Shown here: one piece after another, positions 18,440 to 26,916 of the stretch
Layout of the letters: each line of letters begins with the position of its first letter
How positions within the stretch are numbered: the stretch's first letter is position 1
Assembly (NCBI RefSeq): GCF_017876815.1
Contig: NZ_JAGIOS010000003.1
Location: 150,001 to 182,000 of the forward strand
DNA length: 32,000 nt
Direction of reading: 5' to 3'
DNA from: Sinorhizobium meliloti
Lineage (GTDB): Bacteria > Pseudomonadota > Alphaproteobacteria > Rhizobiales > Rhizobiaceae
Translations under genes and position numbers: made by a program
Notes under the pieces: model-generated
What the model was told of the DNA's origin: nothing
Databases searched by the model: none
Seen by the model: the letters and a program-made list of their open reading frames with translations, nothing else

Positions 18440-18550
18440 TAGCGTCTCCTTCGCGAGTGCGGCGGCCTCTCGGCGGCAAGTTCGGCCATCACCAGATCGA
18501 AGCGACGCTCCCTTCTACTGAACAAATCGTCTCAATCATTTCGCGCCCCT

Positions 18551-18579
18551 GTTATAAGTCTCTGCCAAAACCTTATAAC
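18551..18579. promoter_or_regulatory. perfect dyad GTTATAAG-N13-CTTATAAC upstream of the nucleotidyltransferase remnant
   Basis: 8-bp arms at 18551-18558 and 18572-18579 in an AT-rich stretch, about 115 nt upstream of the ATG at 18439. Confidence 0.3.
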
Positions 18580-18822
18580 GGTTTGGCTGTTGAGAAAAAA
18601 CCTCGGGAGCCGAGATGCTGGGCGCTGTCCTCTGATCAGGATGGCGCAGGAGGGATCAAACCACCGTTCTTGCCGAATCACAGACTCCACCGGCCGCAGC
18701 AATCACAACGGAGAATGACTGGCTGTGCCGAAACCTCCGAGGCAGGAGAGTGTTCAGAACAGAAACGCCGACGGTCGACTCCAGACCTCCGTAGGATTGT
18801 TTCGAAGTGCTGAAAGCGCTTA

Positions 18823-20193
18823 TCACCAGGCCTGCTGGACATCCGATACCCGCCAGAAAGGCCGTTTGATTTCGACGATTTGGCGGCGGGGATCGCCAGC
18901 CTTTGCTCTAGCGCGGATAAGCGCAATGAAGTCAGCTTTAACGGCGGGATTGGACAAGAAGTAGCTATGGCCAATGAAGCCGCCGCCTGGAAACTCGATG
19001 AAATCGACTAACTCACCCATCTGAGACCCTGCCCATCTGGACGCCGCCTCGCTCCTGTTTTCGGGAAGCCTCTCGACAGCGAGCTGCCCCAGCCGCAAGG
19101 CGCTACCGAAGAGCAGCGTTGATGCCCCCAGCGCTTTGTCCCTTGGAGACGAATAAACCGTGAGATGCAGAGAGCCTTGAGGCGGGACCGTGCTCGGCCT
19201 TGGTTTGTTGCCGAAGGCAAGGTCTGGATCCGATACCCACGCGAACATCTTGGAAGAAGCCACGTCGAGATCAATATCAGGCGCGAAAAACACCACGTTC
19301 GCGATCTTGTAGCGCTGCCACATTGAGGATTGGCTAACATATGCTTCAATGCTGAGTTGTTGGACCACACTCGCGAGCACATCGGTCCCGCGGCTATGCG
19401 CCAAGAGGTGAAGCCGCTCGAGCCCCTGAGTTTCGGCGATGATGCGAATGGCTTTCTTAAGATCCGCGACTGAAAACTCGCTCGACTCGCGGTCGATATT
19501 GTAGCCGAAGAAAAAGCCGCCGGAGCCTCCAGCAGGCCATGTCAGGACAATGCAGACAAACTGGTTCTGCAGCGACCTGCAAATCTCGCCTGTGGTGAGC
19601 GCGGCGGCGTCGAAGCTGTTGCCATAACCGTGAATGAAGACCACGACTTCTTTACGATCACTTGTTGAGAGCCGACGAGCGACTTCGGCCTGCAGCGATG
19701 CGGCGGCCTGGTCGTGGGCCGTGACCGCCTCCAGCGAGCGGCTTAGCCCGTTTGCGGTCGCCTCAACGCCGTAAGGTGTCGCCGGAAACCGGCCAGTCTC
19801 TGAAACCGCGCTGACACGTAACTCATTTTTGCTGGTGAGAGGTTTGCGTGTCGACGCGATCGACACCGACCCGAAGCTCAAGAATATGGCTCTTTCAGCA
19901 CCATAGGACAACGCGGTGTCCGAAGCGGTTATGGGTGCGCGGTCGGTAATATAGAGGAGGTCGAATGTTCCGGAACTTGGGTGTGACCGAACGGTCTGAG
20001 TCCTGTGCGACGCTGCGGACTCAGTGTTGGGCAGCGTTGGAGGCTCCACGTGCTGCGTAGCACAACCAGCTAGGCAAAAAAGCAAGAGGAAGCCTACCGC
20101 CGCCCAAAAAAAGTTTAACAATCCGACCTGTTTAATATAGCTGGTGGACGTGCGGCCAAGACCAAGTAAAGCGACGGGATGGCTATTCACCAA
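18823..20193 (-). CDS. DUF900-type alpha/beta hydrolase lipoprotein
   Basis: 456 aa. Lipobox LLFCLAG|C. Core VVVFIHGYGNSFDAA...LTWPAGG...YNIDRESSEFS...LHLLAHSRGTDV (nucleophile elbow AHSRG). GTG start after AGAGGGGGA. Confidence 0.85.
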   Translation of the reverse strand: MVNSHPVALLGLGRTSTSYIKQVGLLNFFWAAVGFLLLFCLAGCATQHVEPPTLPNTESAASHRTQTVRSHPSSGTFDLLYITDRAPITASDTALSYGAERAIFLSFGSVSIASTRKPLTSKNELRVSAVSETGRFPATPYGVEATANGLSRSLEAVTAHDQAAASLQAEVARRLSTSDRKEVVVFIHGYGNSFDAAALTTGEICRSLQNQFVCIVLTWPAGGSGGFFFGYNIDRESSEFSVADLKKAIRIIAETQGLERLHLLAHSRGTDVLASVVQQLSIEAYVSQSSMWQRYKIANVVFFAPDIDLDVASSKMFAWVSDPDLAFGNKPRPSTVPPQGSLHLTVYSSPRDKALGASTLLFGSALRLGQLAVERLPENRSEAASRWAGSQMGELVDFIEFPGGGFIGHSYFLSNPAVKADFIALIRARAKAGDPRRQIVEIKRPFWRVSDVQQAW

Positions 20194-20553
20194 ATGGTTT
20201 CCCCCTCTGAGTTAGTCTTCCGTGATTAGCAGCATGCGTAAATCGCTCCGGCGGAGCACCGATGCTCGCAACGAATTTGACATAGCCTATGGGAGCCTAC
20301 TTGGCATCCAAATTTGGATTAGGCGATCGCATCAGTGCACACCAAAGTCGATCTTAGAAGTGCGGTGCACATCCTGCTCGTGGCCGTTGCCAGGCAGGGC
20401 TGGCCGGCCCGTGGCCGGGGCGTCAGGGCTGGGCTAGTGGCCTGCCGCCGTGTGAATAGCGGTAGCGCGGGTAGTGCTCGTCGCCACTCCCGAGATGGTC
20501 CGGCGGATGATCGCGGGCATCATCGCCGGCTCGCGGGAGCCGGAGGCGATCGT

Positions 20554-21465
20554 GTGAGCGAGCGCCTTCTGCTCATCGCCCTCCTGGCCCTCGGTCCGTT
20601 CCGAGCCAGCCAGCGGCATACCGGTCGTCCTGCTCTGCTACGGCGTGGCCCCCAATCGGCCGCCGGCGCGGTCGAGGAGCACTTCATCCAACTCCGCTGT
20701 GCCGACGGTCTCTACGAAACGATCGACTGGGACAAAATGGGCGGCAAGGGTAAGTTCCTCGAATCTGCGGTCAATGACTGTGGTGTCGGCGCAATCGTCT
20801 GGTCCACGGCGATCGCCTATGACGGCGACAAGCTGAAGGAAGGGCCGGTCTCCTGGGCGGACTTCTGGAACGTCGAAAAATTTCCCGGCAAGCGCTCGCT
20901 GCGCAAGGGTCCGAAATATACGCTCGAGTTCGCGCTGCTTGCCGATGGCGTCTCTAAGGACGAACTCTACGACGTGCTCGGGACCGACGAAGGGGTCGAG
21001 CGCGCGTTCAAGAAGCTCGGCGAGCTGAAACCGCACATCGTTTGGTGGGAATCGGGCGCCCAACCGCTGCAGTTCCTCGCTTCCGGCGAAGTGGCGATGA
21101 CGTCGGCCTACAACGGTCGCATCACCGGCATCAACCGCACGGAAGGCAAGAACTTCAAGGTGGTCTGGCCGGGCAGCATTTACGCCGTTGATAGCTGGGT
21201 GGTGCTCAAGGATGCGGAAAACAAGGACGCTGCACAGGACTTCATCGCCTTCGCGAGCCTGCCCGAGCATCAGGCGAAGCTGCCGGAATTCGTAGCTTAC
21301 GGGCTGCCGAACAAGGAAGCCGCAGCGAGGGTTCCGCCAGAATTCGCCAAGGACCTGCCGACCGATCCGGTGAATATGAAAGAGGCGATCTCGCTCAACG
21401 TCGACTTCTGGATCGATAATGCCGAAACGCTGACTCAGCGCTTCAATGCCTGGCTGGCCCAGTAA
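20554..21465 (+). CDS. PotD/PotF-like ABC substrate-binding protein with an abnormal N-terminus (possibly a pseudogene)
   Basis: Strong family similarity from about 20670 on (...GVGAIVWSTAIAYDGDKLKEGPVSWADFW...FPGKRSLRKG...WWESGAQPLQFLASGEV...). A GTG at 20554 follows GGAGG (7-nt spacer) and gives a signal-like SERLLLIALLALGPFRA. About 50 residues expected between the signal peptide and the first conserved block, including the ..VVSWGG.. strand, are absent. Confidence 0.7.
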   Translation: MSERLLLIALLALGPFRASQRHTGRPALLRRGPQSAAGAVEEHFIQLRCADGLYETIDWDKMGGKGKFLESAVNDCGVGAIVWSTAIAYDGDKLKEGPVSWADFWNVEKFPGKRSLRKGPKYTLEFALLADGVSKDELYDVLGTDEGVERAFKKLGELKPHIVWWESGAQPLQFLASGEVAMTSAYNGRITGINRTEGKNFKVVWPGSIYAVDSWVVLKDAENKDAAQDFIAFASLPEHQAKLPEFVAYGLPNKEAAARVPPEFAKDLPTDPVNMKEAISLNVDFWIDNAETLTQRFNAWLAQ

Positions 21466-21478
21466 GAACATCCGCGGT

Positions 21479-21506
21479 GAAGGGCGTACCCGATGGGACG
21501 CCCTTC
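21479..21506 (+). terminator. intercistronic hairpin/attenuator after the SBP gene
   Basis: gaagggcgt / acgcccttc (9-bp stem, 10-nt loop) followed by ttgct. It lies 14 nt after the SBP stop. Confidence 0.5.
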
Positions 21507-21563
21507 TTGCTCGGGCGGATGCGTTCCATGCTCTTCCAGATGACGCATCCTTCGCCTCTAGCG

Positions 21564-22643
21564 ATGGAGTCTTCCGTGGCCGAATTCATTCAATTTGACC
21601 GCATCACTAAGTTTTACGGCCCCCTATGTGTGGTTGAAAACCTCGTTCTCGGTATCGGGAAGGGCGAGTTCGTCAGCCTGCTCGGCCCCTCCGGCTCTGG
21701 CAAGACGACGCTCCTGATGATGCTGGCGGGTTTCGAGCAGCCGACCTCCGGCAAGATCCTGCTGGACGGGACGGCGATCAACGACGTTCCGACCCACAAG
21801 CGGGACATGGGCGTCGTCTTTCAGAGTTATGCCCTGTTCCCGCATATGTCGGTCGGCGAGAACGTCGCCTTCCCGTTGCAGATGCGCGGTTTGGGCAAAG
21901 CGGAGATTGCCGAGCGCGTGGCGCGGGCGCTGGACATGGTGCAACTGTCGGCCTTCGCGGACCGTCGGCCCTCACAACTCTCCGGTGGGCAGCAACAGCG
22001 GGTGGCGCTTTCCCGCGCCCTGGTCTTCGAGCCGCGCGTCGTGCTGATGGACGAGCCGCTCGGCGCGCTCGACAAGCAGTTGCGCGAGCAGATGCAGTTC
22101 GACATCCGCGACCTGCACCGCCGCCTTGGCCTGACAATCGTCTTCGTCACACATGACCAGTCGGAGGCGCTGACCATGTCGGACCGCGTCGCCGTCTTCA
22201 ACAGGGGCAAGATCGAGCAGATCGGTACGCCGCGGCAGGTCTATGACGAACCGGCGACGCGCTTCGTCGCGGAATTCATCGGCGAGACCAATCTGGTCGA
22301 AGGTGTCGTCGAGACCGTGCAGGGGCAGGAGGCAATCGTGCGCCTCCCGTCCGGTGCGCACATCGTTTCAGCCGGTTCCGGCAGCTTGGCCTCGGGCCAG
22401 TCCGTTTTTCTCTCCATCCGGCCGGAGCGGGTCGACCTCAGCGAGACGCGCGGCGACGCTCGCAATTGCCTGGAAACGGAAGTGACCGATTCCGTTTACC
22501 AAGGTGACCACCTGCGCGTGCAGTTGCAAAACGCCGCCCATCCGCTGATCGCCAAGCTCGGTCGCCGGTCGCGCGAATTTCCGCCTGGCACCAAGGTCTA
22601 TGCGGCCTTTTCTGCCAACGATTGCCGGGTCATCGCACCATGA
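21564..22643 (+). CDS. ABC transporter ATP-binding protein (PotA-like)
   Basis: Walker A GPSGSGKTT, Q-loop, signature LSGGQQQRVAL, Walker B VVLMDEPLGALD, H-loop VTHDQ, plus a C-terminal TOBE-like domain. The start is ambiguous (ATGs at 21519, 21528, 21540, 21564). The 21477 GTG is excluded because it lies within the hairpin region. Confidence 0.92.
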   Translation: MESSVAEFIQFDRITKFYGPLCVVENLVLGIGKGEFVSLLGPSGSGKTTLLMMLAGFEQPTSGKILLDGTAINDVPTHKRDMGVVFQSYALFPHMSVGENVAFPLQMRGLGKAEIAERVARALDMVQLSAFADRRPSQLSGGQQQRVALSRALVFEPRVVLMDEPLGALDKQLREQMQFDIRDLHRRLGLTIVFVTHDQSEALTMSDRVAVFNRGKIEQIGTPRQVYDEPATRFVAEFIGETNLVEGVVETVQGQEAIVRLPSGAHIVSAGSGSLASGQSVFLSIRPERVDLSETRGDARNCLETEVTDSVYQGDHLRVQLQNAAHPLIAKLGRRSREFPPGTKVYAAFSANDCRVIAP

Positions 22644-23818
22644 GTGCAGTTTCGTCCCGGGCCGGGCGGTCGGTCGCCCTTCTTGCGCCGCTGCTTCTCT
22701 TCCTTATAGGTTTCTTCGTCTGGCCGCTGCTCAGTATGATGTCGCAGGCCGTGTCGGATCAGGCCGTGCTGCGCCTGCTTCCGCGCAGCGCCGTCGTGCT
22801 GACGGATTGGGACCGAAAGTCGCCGCCAACGGTGCCCATGCAGATGGCGCTGATGGAAGACTTGAAGGCCGTCGATGACGATCAGGCGCTCGGCGATATG
22901 GTCCGCCGCCTCAACAGCGCCCGTTCCGGCTTCCGCACGCTGATGTCAAAGACGACGCGAGCGCTCGACGACACGGCGAATCCGCCCTCCAACCTGGTCT
23001 CAATCGACAAACGTTGGGAGAAGCCGGAGTTCTGGCTGGCGATCGCCGACGCGCTCTCGCCGCTCACCGACCGGAACCTGCTCGCCGCCGTCGATCTTAG
23101 CCGCAATTCCACCGGCGATATCGAGCATTTGCCGGCCGACCAGTCGGTCAACCGCGTTATTCTCGTGCGCACCTTCTGGATTGCCGCGCTCGTCACCTTC
23201 GCCTGCGCCGGAATCGGCTTCCCCTATGCAATGATCGCGGCTTCGCTTACCGGCTGGAAGCGCGACCTGATGCTGGCCGCCGTGTTGCTGCCACTCTGGA
23301 CCTCGCTTCTGGTGCGCACCGCCGCGTGGTTCATCCTGCTGCAAGAAAAAGGGCTGATCAACGACCTTCTGCAAACACTCGGGCTGATCAACGCGCCGCT
23401 GCCGCTGATCTTCAACCGTACAGGGGTCGTTATCGCTATGACGCATGTGCTGCTGCCTTTCATGGTGCTGCCGATCTATTCAGTCCTTATCACGATCCCG
23501 AAGAACTTGATGCCGGCGGCCGCCTCGCTCGGGGCTCCGCCATGGCGCGCGTTCCTGCGCGTGCTGCTGCCGTTGAGCCTGCGCGGCCTCGCCTCCGGCA
23601 GCCTGCTCGTCTTCATCTCGGCAGTAGGCTACTACATTACGCCAGCGCTGATCGGCGGGCCGGGCGATCAGATGATCAGCTCGATTATCGCCTTCTACGC
23701 CATGGGCTCTGCGAACTGGGGCATGGCCGGGGCGCTTGGCGTCGTGCTGCTTGTCGCGACGCTGCTGCTCTACAGTGTCTATGCGCGGCTCTCCACTGGC
23801 GAACCGGGGAGGCGCTAG
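22640..23818 (+). CDS. ABC transporter permease (PotB-like, with a long periplasmic loop)
   Basis: Its ATG overlaps the ATPase TGA (ATGA at 22640-22643). Six TM segments with the EAA-type loop ...AAASLGAPPWRAFLRVLLPL... Confidence 0.9.
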   Translation: MSAVSSRAGRSVALLAPLLLFLIGFFVWPLLSMMSQAVSDQAVLRLLPRSAVVLTDWDRKSPPTVPMQMALMEDLKAVDDDQALGDMVRRLNSARSGFRTLMSKTTRALDDTANPPSNLVSIDKRWEKPEFWLAIADALSPLTDRNLLAAVDLSRNSTGDIEHLPADQSVNRVILVRTFWIAALVTFACAGIGFPYAMIAASLTGWKRDLMLAAVLLPLWTSLLVRTAAWFILLQEKGLINDLLQTLGLINAPLPLIFNRTGVVIAMTHVLLPFMVLPIYSVLITIPKNLMPAAASLGAPPWRAFLRVLLPLSLRGLASGSLLVFISAVGYYITPALIGGPGDQMISSIIAFYAMGSANWGMAGALGVVLLVATLLLYSVYARLSTGEPGRR

Positions 23819-23821
23819 GTC

Positions 23822-24604
23822 ATGCCGATGAAACTTGCGAAGTTCGCTTTCGCCTCGCTGACGATCCTGTTTCTCGTTGCTCCGCTCATCGCCATCCTGC
23901 CGCTCGCCTTCACCTCGAGCGTCATCCTCACCTATCCGATCCCGTCCTGGTCACTGCGCTGGTTCGAGGAACTGTTCACGGCGGATGCCTGGCGACGGGC
24001 GATCTTCAACAGCCTGATCATCGGGACGGGCACGACGCTGCTCGCCACCGTTCTCGGCACCGCAGCCTCGCTAGGCCTGCGCAACCGCCTCATCTTCTTT
24101 CGAGGCTCGATGCGCACGCTCTTCCTACTGCCGATGGTGGTTCCTGCCGTCGTGCTCGGGGTCGGCATGCAGGTGCTCCTTGCAGGTTTCGGCCTGACGA
24201 ACAGCTATGCCGGCGTGATCATCGCCCACACGGTGGTCGCCGTGCCCTTCGTCGTGGTGAGCGTAATCGGGGCGCTTGACGGCATCGACGAGCGCGTGGA
24301 ACTCGCTGCACAAAGCCTGGGTGCTTCGCCCGCAACGGTCTTCCACCGCGTGACGCTGCCGCTCGCTCTGCCAGGCGTACTCTCCGGCGCGGTGTTGGCC
24401 TTCGCCACCTCGCTCGACGAAGTTGTGCTCACACTTTTCGTCGCCGGCCCCAACCAGCGCACTCTGGCCCGGCAGATGTTCTCTAGTATTCGCGAGAACA
24501 TCAGCCCAGCGATTGCGGCAGCGGCCTTCCTCTTCATCGCCGCGACGATCTTCTTCGGCCTCGTTGTCGTGCTGTCGCGCTTCATGCTGGCGAAGCGGCG
24601 CTAG
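23822..24604 (+). CDS. ABC transporter permease (PotC-like)
   Basis: 260 aa, starting 3 nt after the previous stop. EAA loop ...AAQSLGASPATVFHRVTLPLALPG... Confidence 0.93.
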   Translation: MPMKLAKFAFASLTILFLVAPLIAILPLAFTSSVILTYPIPSWSLRWFEELFTADAWRRAIFNSLIIGTGTTLLATVLGTAASLGLRNRLIFFRGSMRTLFLLPMVVPAVVLGVGMQVLLAGFGLTNSYAGVIIAHTVVAVPFVVVSVIGALDGIDERVELAAQSLGASPATVFHRVTLPLALPGVLSGAVLAFATSLDEVVLTLFVAGPNQRTLARQMFSSIRENISPAIAAAAFLFIAATIFFGLVVVLSRFMLAKRR

Positions 24605-24984
24605 GATTGGCGCGGGCTTCGTGCGCAAGCGAACATAGGGGCGATCACACGGTTCCGTCGAGTTCCTGAGCGATTTCATCGAAGGATTGTCTCGGCATTC
24701 TTCTGGGCTGGACTCTTGACCGCTTGTCAGCCGCGATGGTTCGTGTCGCGATGGTCACGCGGCCGCCCACTTTACACCAACCTCTCGAGGACTTGTCGGT
24801 GCGATGTTCGTTGGCCTGGCTACACACAAGCTGTCGGAGGTGATGGTGGGCGGACGCCCCCGCCGATCGTGATGCAGGTGCCTGCGCCTGGTCGCCATTC
24901 GCCATAAACGCAGTCGTTAGAACCGCCGTCTTTGCCGCTGGATTTTGCGCGTGGTCTAGTGGAGCGAGTTAGATTGGGACGCTG

Positions 24985-26364
24985 TCAGGCCAACTCAAGC
25001 TGAGAGTCTTTCGCCGCTTGCGCGAGCAACGGTGCGGGAGCCTTCCTTTGCAGGTGGGAAGCGTTAAGTCGGCGCGCCACGATATCGTGGTTGAGCCACT
25101 GGATGGGGCCGGAGGGATCTGAGGACGCGCCAAAAATCAGCTGCCCGGTCGCCTCCACCACGAGAGCACTCAGGAGGTCGCTGATCATTGCCTTGCTGTC
25201 CCGATGCATCTGCGTGATCTCGCTGGACGTGCCGATGGTCAGATCGGCCTGCGCTTGGCTGTTCGCCATCGGCCACGCCGAAAAGTCGTAAAACGGGCGC
25301 ATGACTTCGTTGGCCTGCATATCGGCGATTTTTTGGAACACATCCTTCATTGTGAAGCCGTCTGCCAAAAGCTCCTGACATGCCTGCCATTGGTCTTCTG
25401 CCCATTGGCCACCGTTCTCTTTCCGCAAGGCGAGTAGCAGCGGTATCAGCGGAAGTTCGATACCCGTGAATACGTCGGAGGAATTAGTCCGGATTTCGGG
25501 ACAGTTATAGACGGTTGCCTTGACACCCGCGGCCCAGGCTTCTTGCGCGATGCATTCGAGGCGCATCTTGGCGTAACCCTGGGTGTAGTTGGTGTAGGTC
25601 TGCCAACGGTAGCTCCCGTCAATCAGGATTGCCGTTCCATGGTAACCGTAGGCGGTGTACCGGACCTGAGCACCAGATGCCTCTACGCGCTCACGGATCG
25701 CCGCGCTGAAGTCGATAAGATGTCGAAAGGTGATTGCGGTGACTTCGTCGAAATTCTGCAGGATGAGTTTGCCCATCTCGCTGTCGAGCAGCGCTTGCGA
25801 AGACATGTGGCGGGGACCACGTCCCTTGTAGATTCGATTGGCGACCGCCAGGAATACCTTCGCTTTCGGGATGCCGCCGGCCATTGTATGGGCGAAGAAG
25901 ACATTGCGGCCCTCGGCAATCATGCCGTCGAGAACGGCCATGACCTGTGAAAGCGCATTGGTGAACCGTGAGGTGGCGATGTCCCGGCACTGCTCAATGT
26001 AGTCCCAGTCGAGTCTCTCAAGTTCCCAGCTCTCCAGCGTCATTGTTGCGAGGAGATCCGTCGGAGTGGGGCCTCCTGTCGGAGCGTCGAGATCGAACCC
26101 GGCCATAAGAGGTATGTTGATAATCCTGCCGCCCAGTCGTTCCTCGGCGGCAGAGAGTTCCTCGGCGTTCAAAGGCCGAAGTGCGTTGTTCTCGTCGCGC
26201 CGCCCGACCGTGATGCCCACGATCTCCATTCCAGCGCGCCGGGCTTCGTCGAGCAAGCCGGTCGCATATCCGCGACCGAATAGTTCACCGAAGAGGACGA
26301 AAACATCACCTTTACGAAAGACGCTGTTTTCGGCGATGCGGTTCAATGCGACCGGGTTTTCCAT
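24985..26364 (-). CDS. conserved-looking hypothetical protein (459 aa); possible distant FabV/TER-type enoyl-reductase fold
   Basis: Long ORF with coding-like composition. The start is preferred at MENPVALNR... (26364) because the upstream extension is rich in rare codons. Blocks GRGYATG...AGMEIVGI, GAQVRYTAYGY...GYAKMRLE and RTNSSDVF...LPLIPLLLALRKENG recall FabV blocks GYGLA, GAQTTAFTYLG...GAAKKDLD and TQASSAIP..PLYLSLLFKVMKEKG. These are from memory and not searched. Confidence 0.75.
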   Translation of the reverse strand: MENPVALNRIAENSVFRKGDVFVLFGELFGRGYATGLLDEARRAGMEIVGITVGRRDENNALRPLNAEELSAAEERLGGRIINIPLMAGFDLDAPTGGPTPTDLLATMTLESWELERLDWDYIEQCRDIATSRFTNALSQVMAVLDGMIAEGRNVFFAHTMAGGIPKAKVFLAVANRIYKGRGPRHMSSQALLDSEMGKLILQNFDEVTAITFRHLIDFSAAIRERVEASGAQVRYTAYGYHGTAILIDGSYRWQTYTNYTQGYAKMRLECIAQEAWAAGVKATVYNCPEIRTNSSDVFTGIELPLIPLLLALRKENGGQWAEDQWQACQELLADGFTMKDVFQKIADMQANEVMRPFYDFSAWPMANSQAQADLTIGTSSEITQMHRDSKAMISDLLSALVVEATGQLIFGASSDPSGPIQWLNHDIVARRLNASHLQRKAPAPLLAQAAKDSQLELA

Positions 26365-26447
26365 ACAGTCAGCTCTTTGGTCCGTTGTAGTCGAGCGGTG
26401 GCTCAGACATCTATAATCACATGACCGCCCTGACGCGTTATGGGAAG

Positions 26448-26771
26448 TCATTTTAAGTGACGGTTCATTTCAAAGCGTGAAGTCCCCATAAGGACTTCTC
26501 GGCAGTGAGCAGAGAAATCACCCCGAGCTTGTCCCAATTTGAACCAAAGGAGATGCAGCCAGGAATGTTTCTGATCGGGCTGCGTCGACACCCCCCTGAC
26601 CTTCCTCCGAAACTGCGGTTGGGCAGATCGAGCGTCCATTCCAGCGATAAGCTCAACGTCAAGACGGTGGAAAGCGTCGCAGGTCTGCTTTATCCGGTTC
26701 AGATCTTCAAGCGGGTACCGAGATCCGAACTGCCTTTCAGGTAACTTTTTGATTCCACTTTTGAGGTCCAT
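26448..26771 (-). CDS. doubtful hypothetical ORF (107 aa) upstream of the 459-aa gene
   Basis: ORF-track ORF in a lower-GC stretch with no SD. Its stop forms ATGA with the longest (disfavoured) start of the downstream ORF. Confidence 0.2.
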   Translation of the reverse strand: MDLKSGIKKLPERQFGSRYPLEDLNRIKQTCDAFHRLDVELIAGMDARSAQPQFRRKVRGVSTQPDQKHSWLHLLWFKLGQARGDFSAHCREVLMGTSRFEMNRHLK

Positions 26772-26802
26772 AGAAGCCCAGCTTGCCAGTTTGCAAATAA
26801 AA

Positions 26803-26822
26803 TGAGAATACGAGTCAACTTA
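26803..26822. promoter_or_regulatory. IRO-like box TGAGAATacgagTCAACTTA upstream of the AraC-type regulator
   Basis: Fits TGA-N9-TCA. 15/20 identical to the box at 30258-30277. Located 95 nt upstream of the ATG at 26917. Confidence 0.5.
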
Positions 26823-26916
26823 CTTGGCCTTGAGATGTGGATGGCGCCGAACGACAGTGCAATTTCCCTGCGAGCACCGACATCTGGCACCTTGAAGAGG
26901 AAGAACTGATCTACAA

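Noticed and set aside
20335-20553. N-terminal extension of the SBP ORF to 20335 (376-aa version)
   Set aside because: The extension is Arg/Gly/Ala-rich nonsense (…ARGRGVRAGLVACRRVNSGSAGSARRHSRDG…) without a signal peptide. The GTG at 20554 has a proper SD.
20638-21471. 277-aa minus-strand ORF opposite the SBP gene
   Set aside because: Antisense shadow. The plus-strand translation has strong SBP family character.
21477-21518. GTG start at 21477 for the ABC ATPase
   Set aside because: It would translate through the 9-bp-stem intercistronic hairpin (21479-21506) and add about 30 non-conserved residues.
26365-26451. Longer start (MTSHNASGRSCDYRCLSHRS...) for the 459-aa protein
   Set aside because: The extension uses many rare A/T-ending codons (TCA, TGT, GAT, TAT, AGA), unlike the rest of the gene. 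The ATGA overlap with the doubtful 107-aa ORF is noted, but I do not consider it sufficient.
26791-26822. Fur/Mur-box-like AT-rich sequence TTGCAAATAAAATGAGAATACGAG upstream of the AraC gene
   Set aside because: It matches the 19-bp Fur consensus at only about 11/19 positions, and there is no palindromic ATTTGCA partner for a Mur-type site. The same bases are better explained by the repeated TGA-N9-TCAAC motif.
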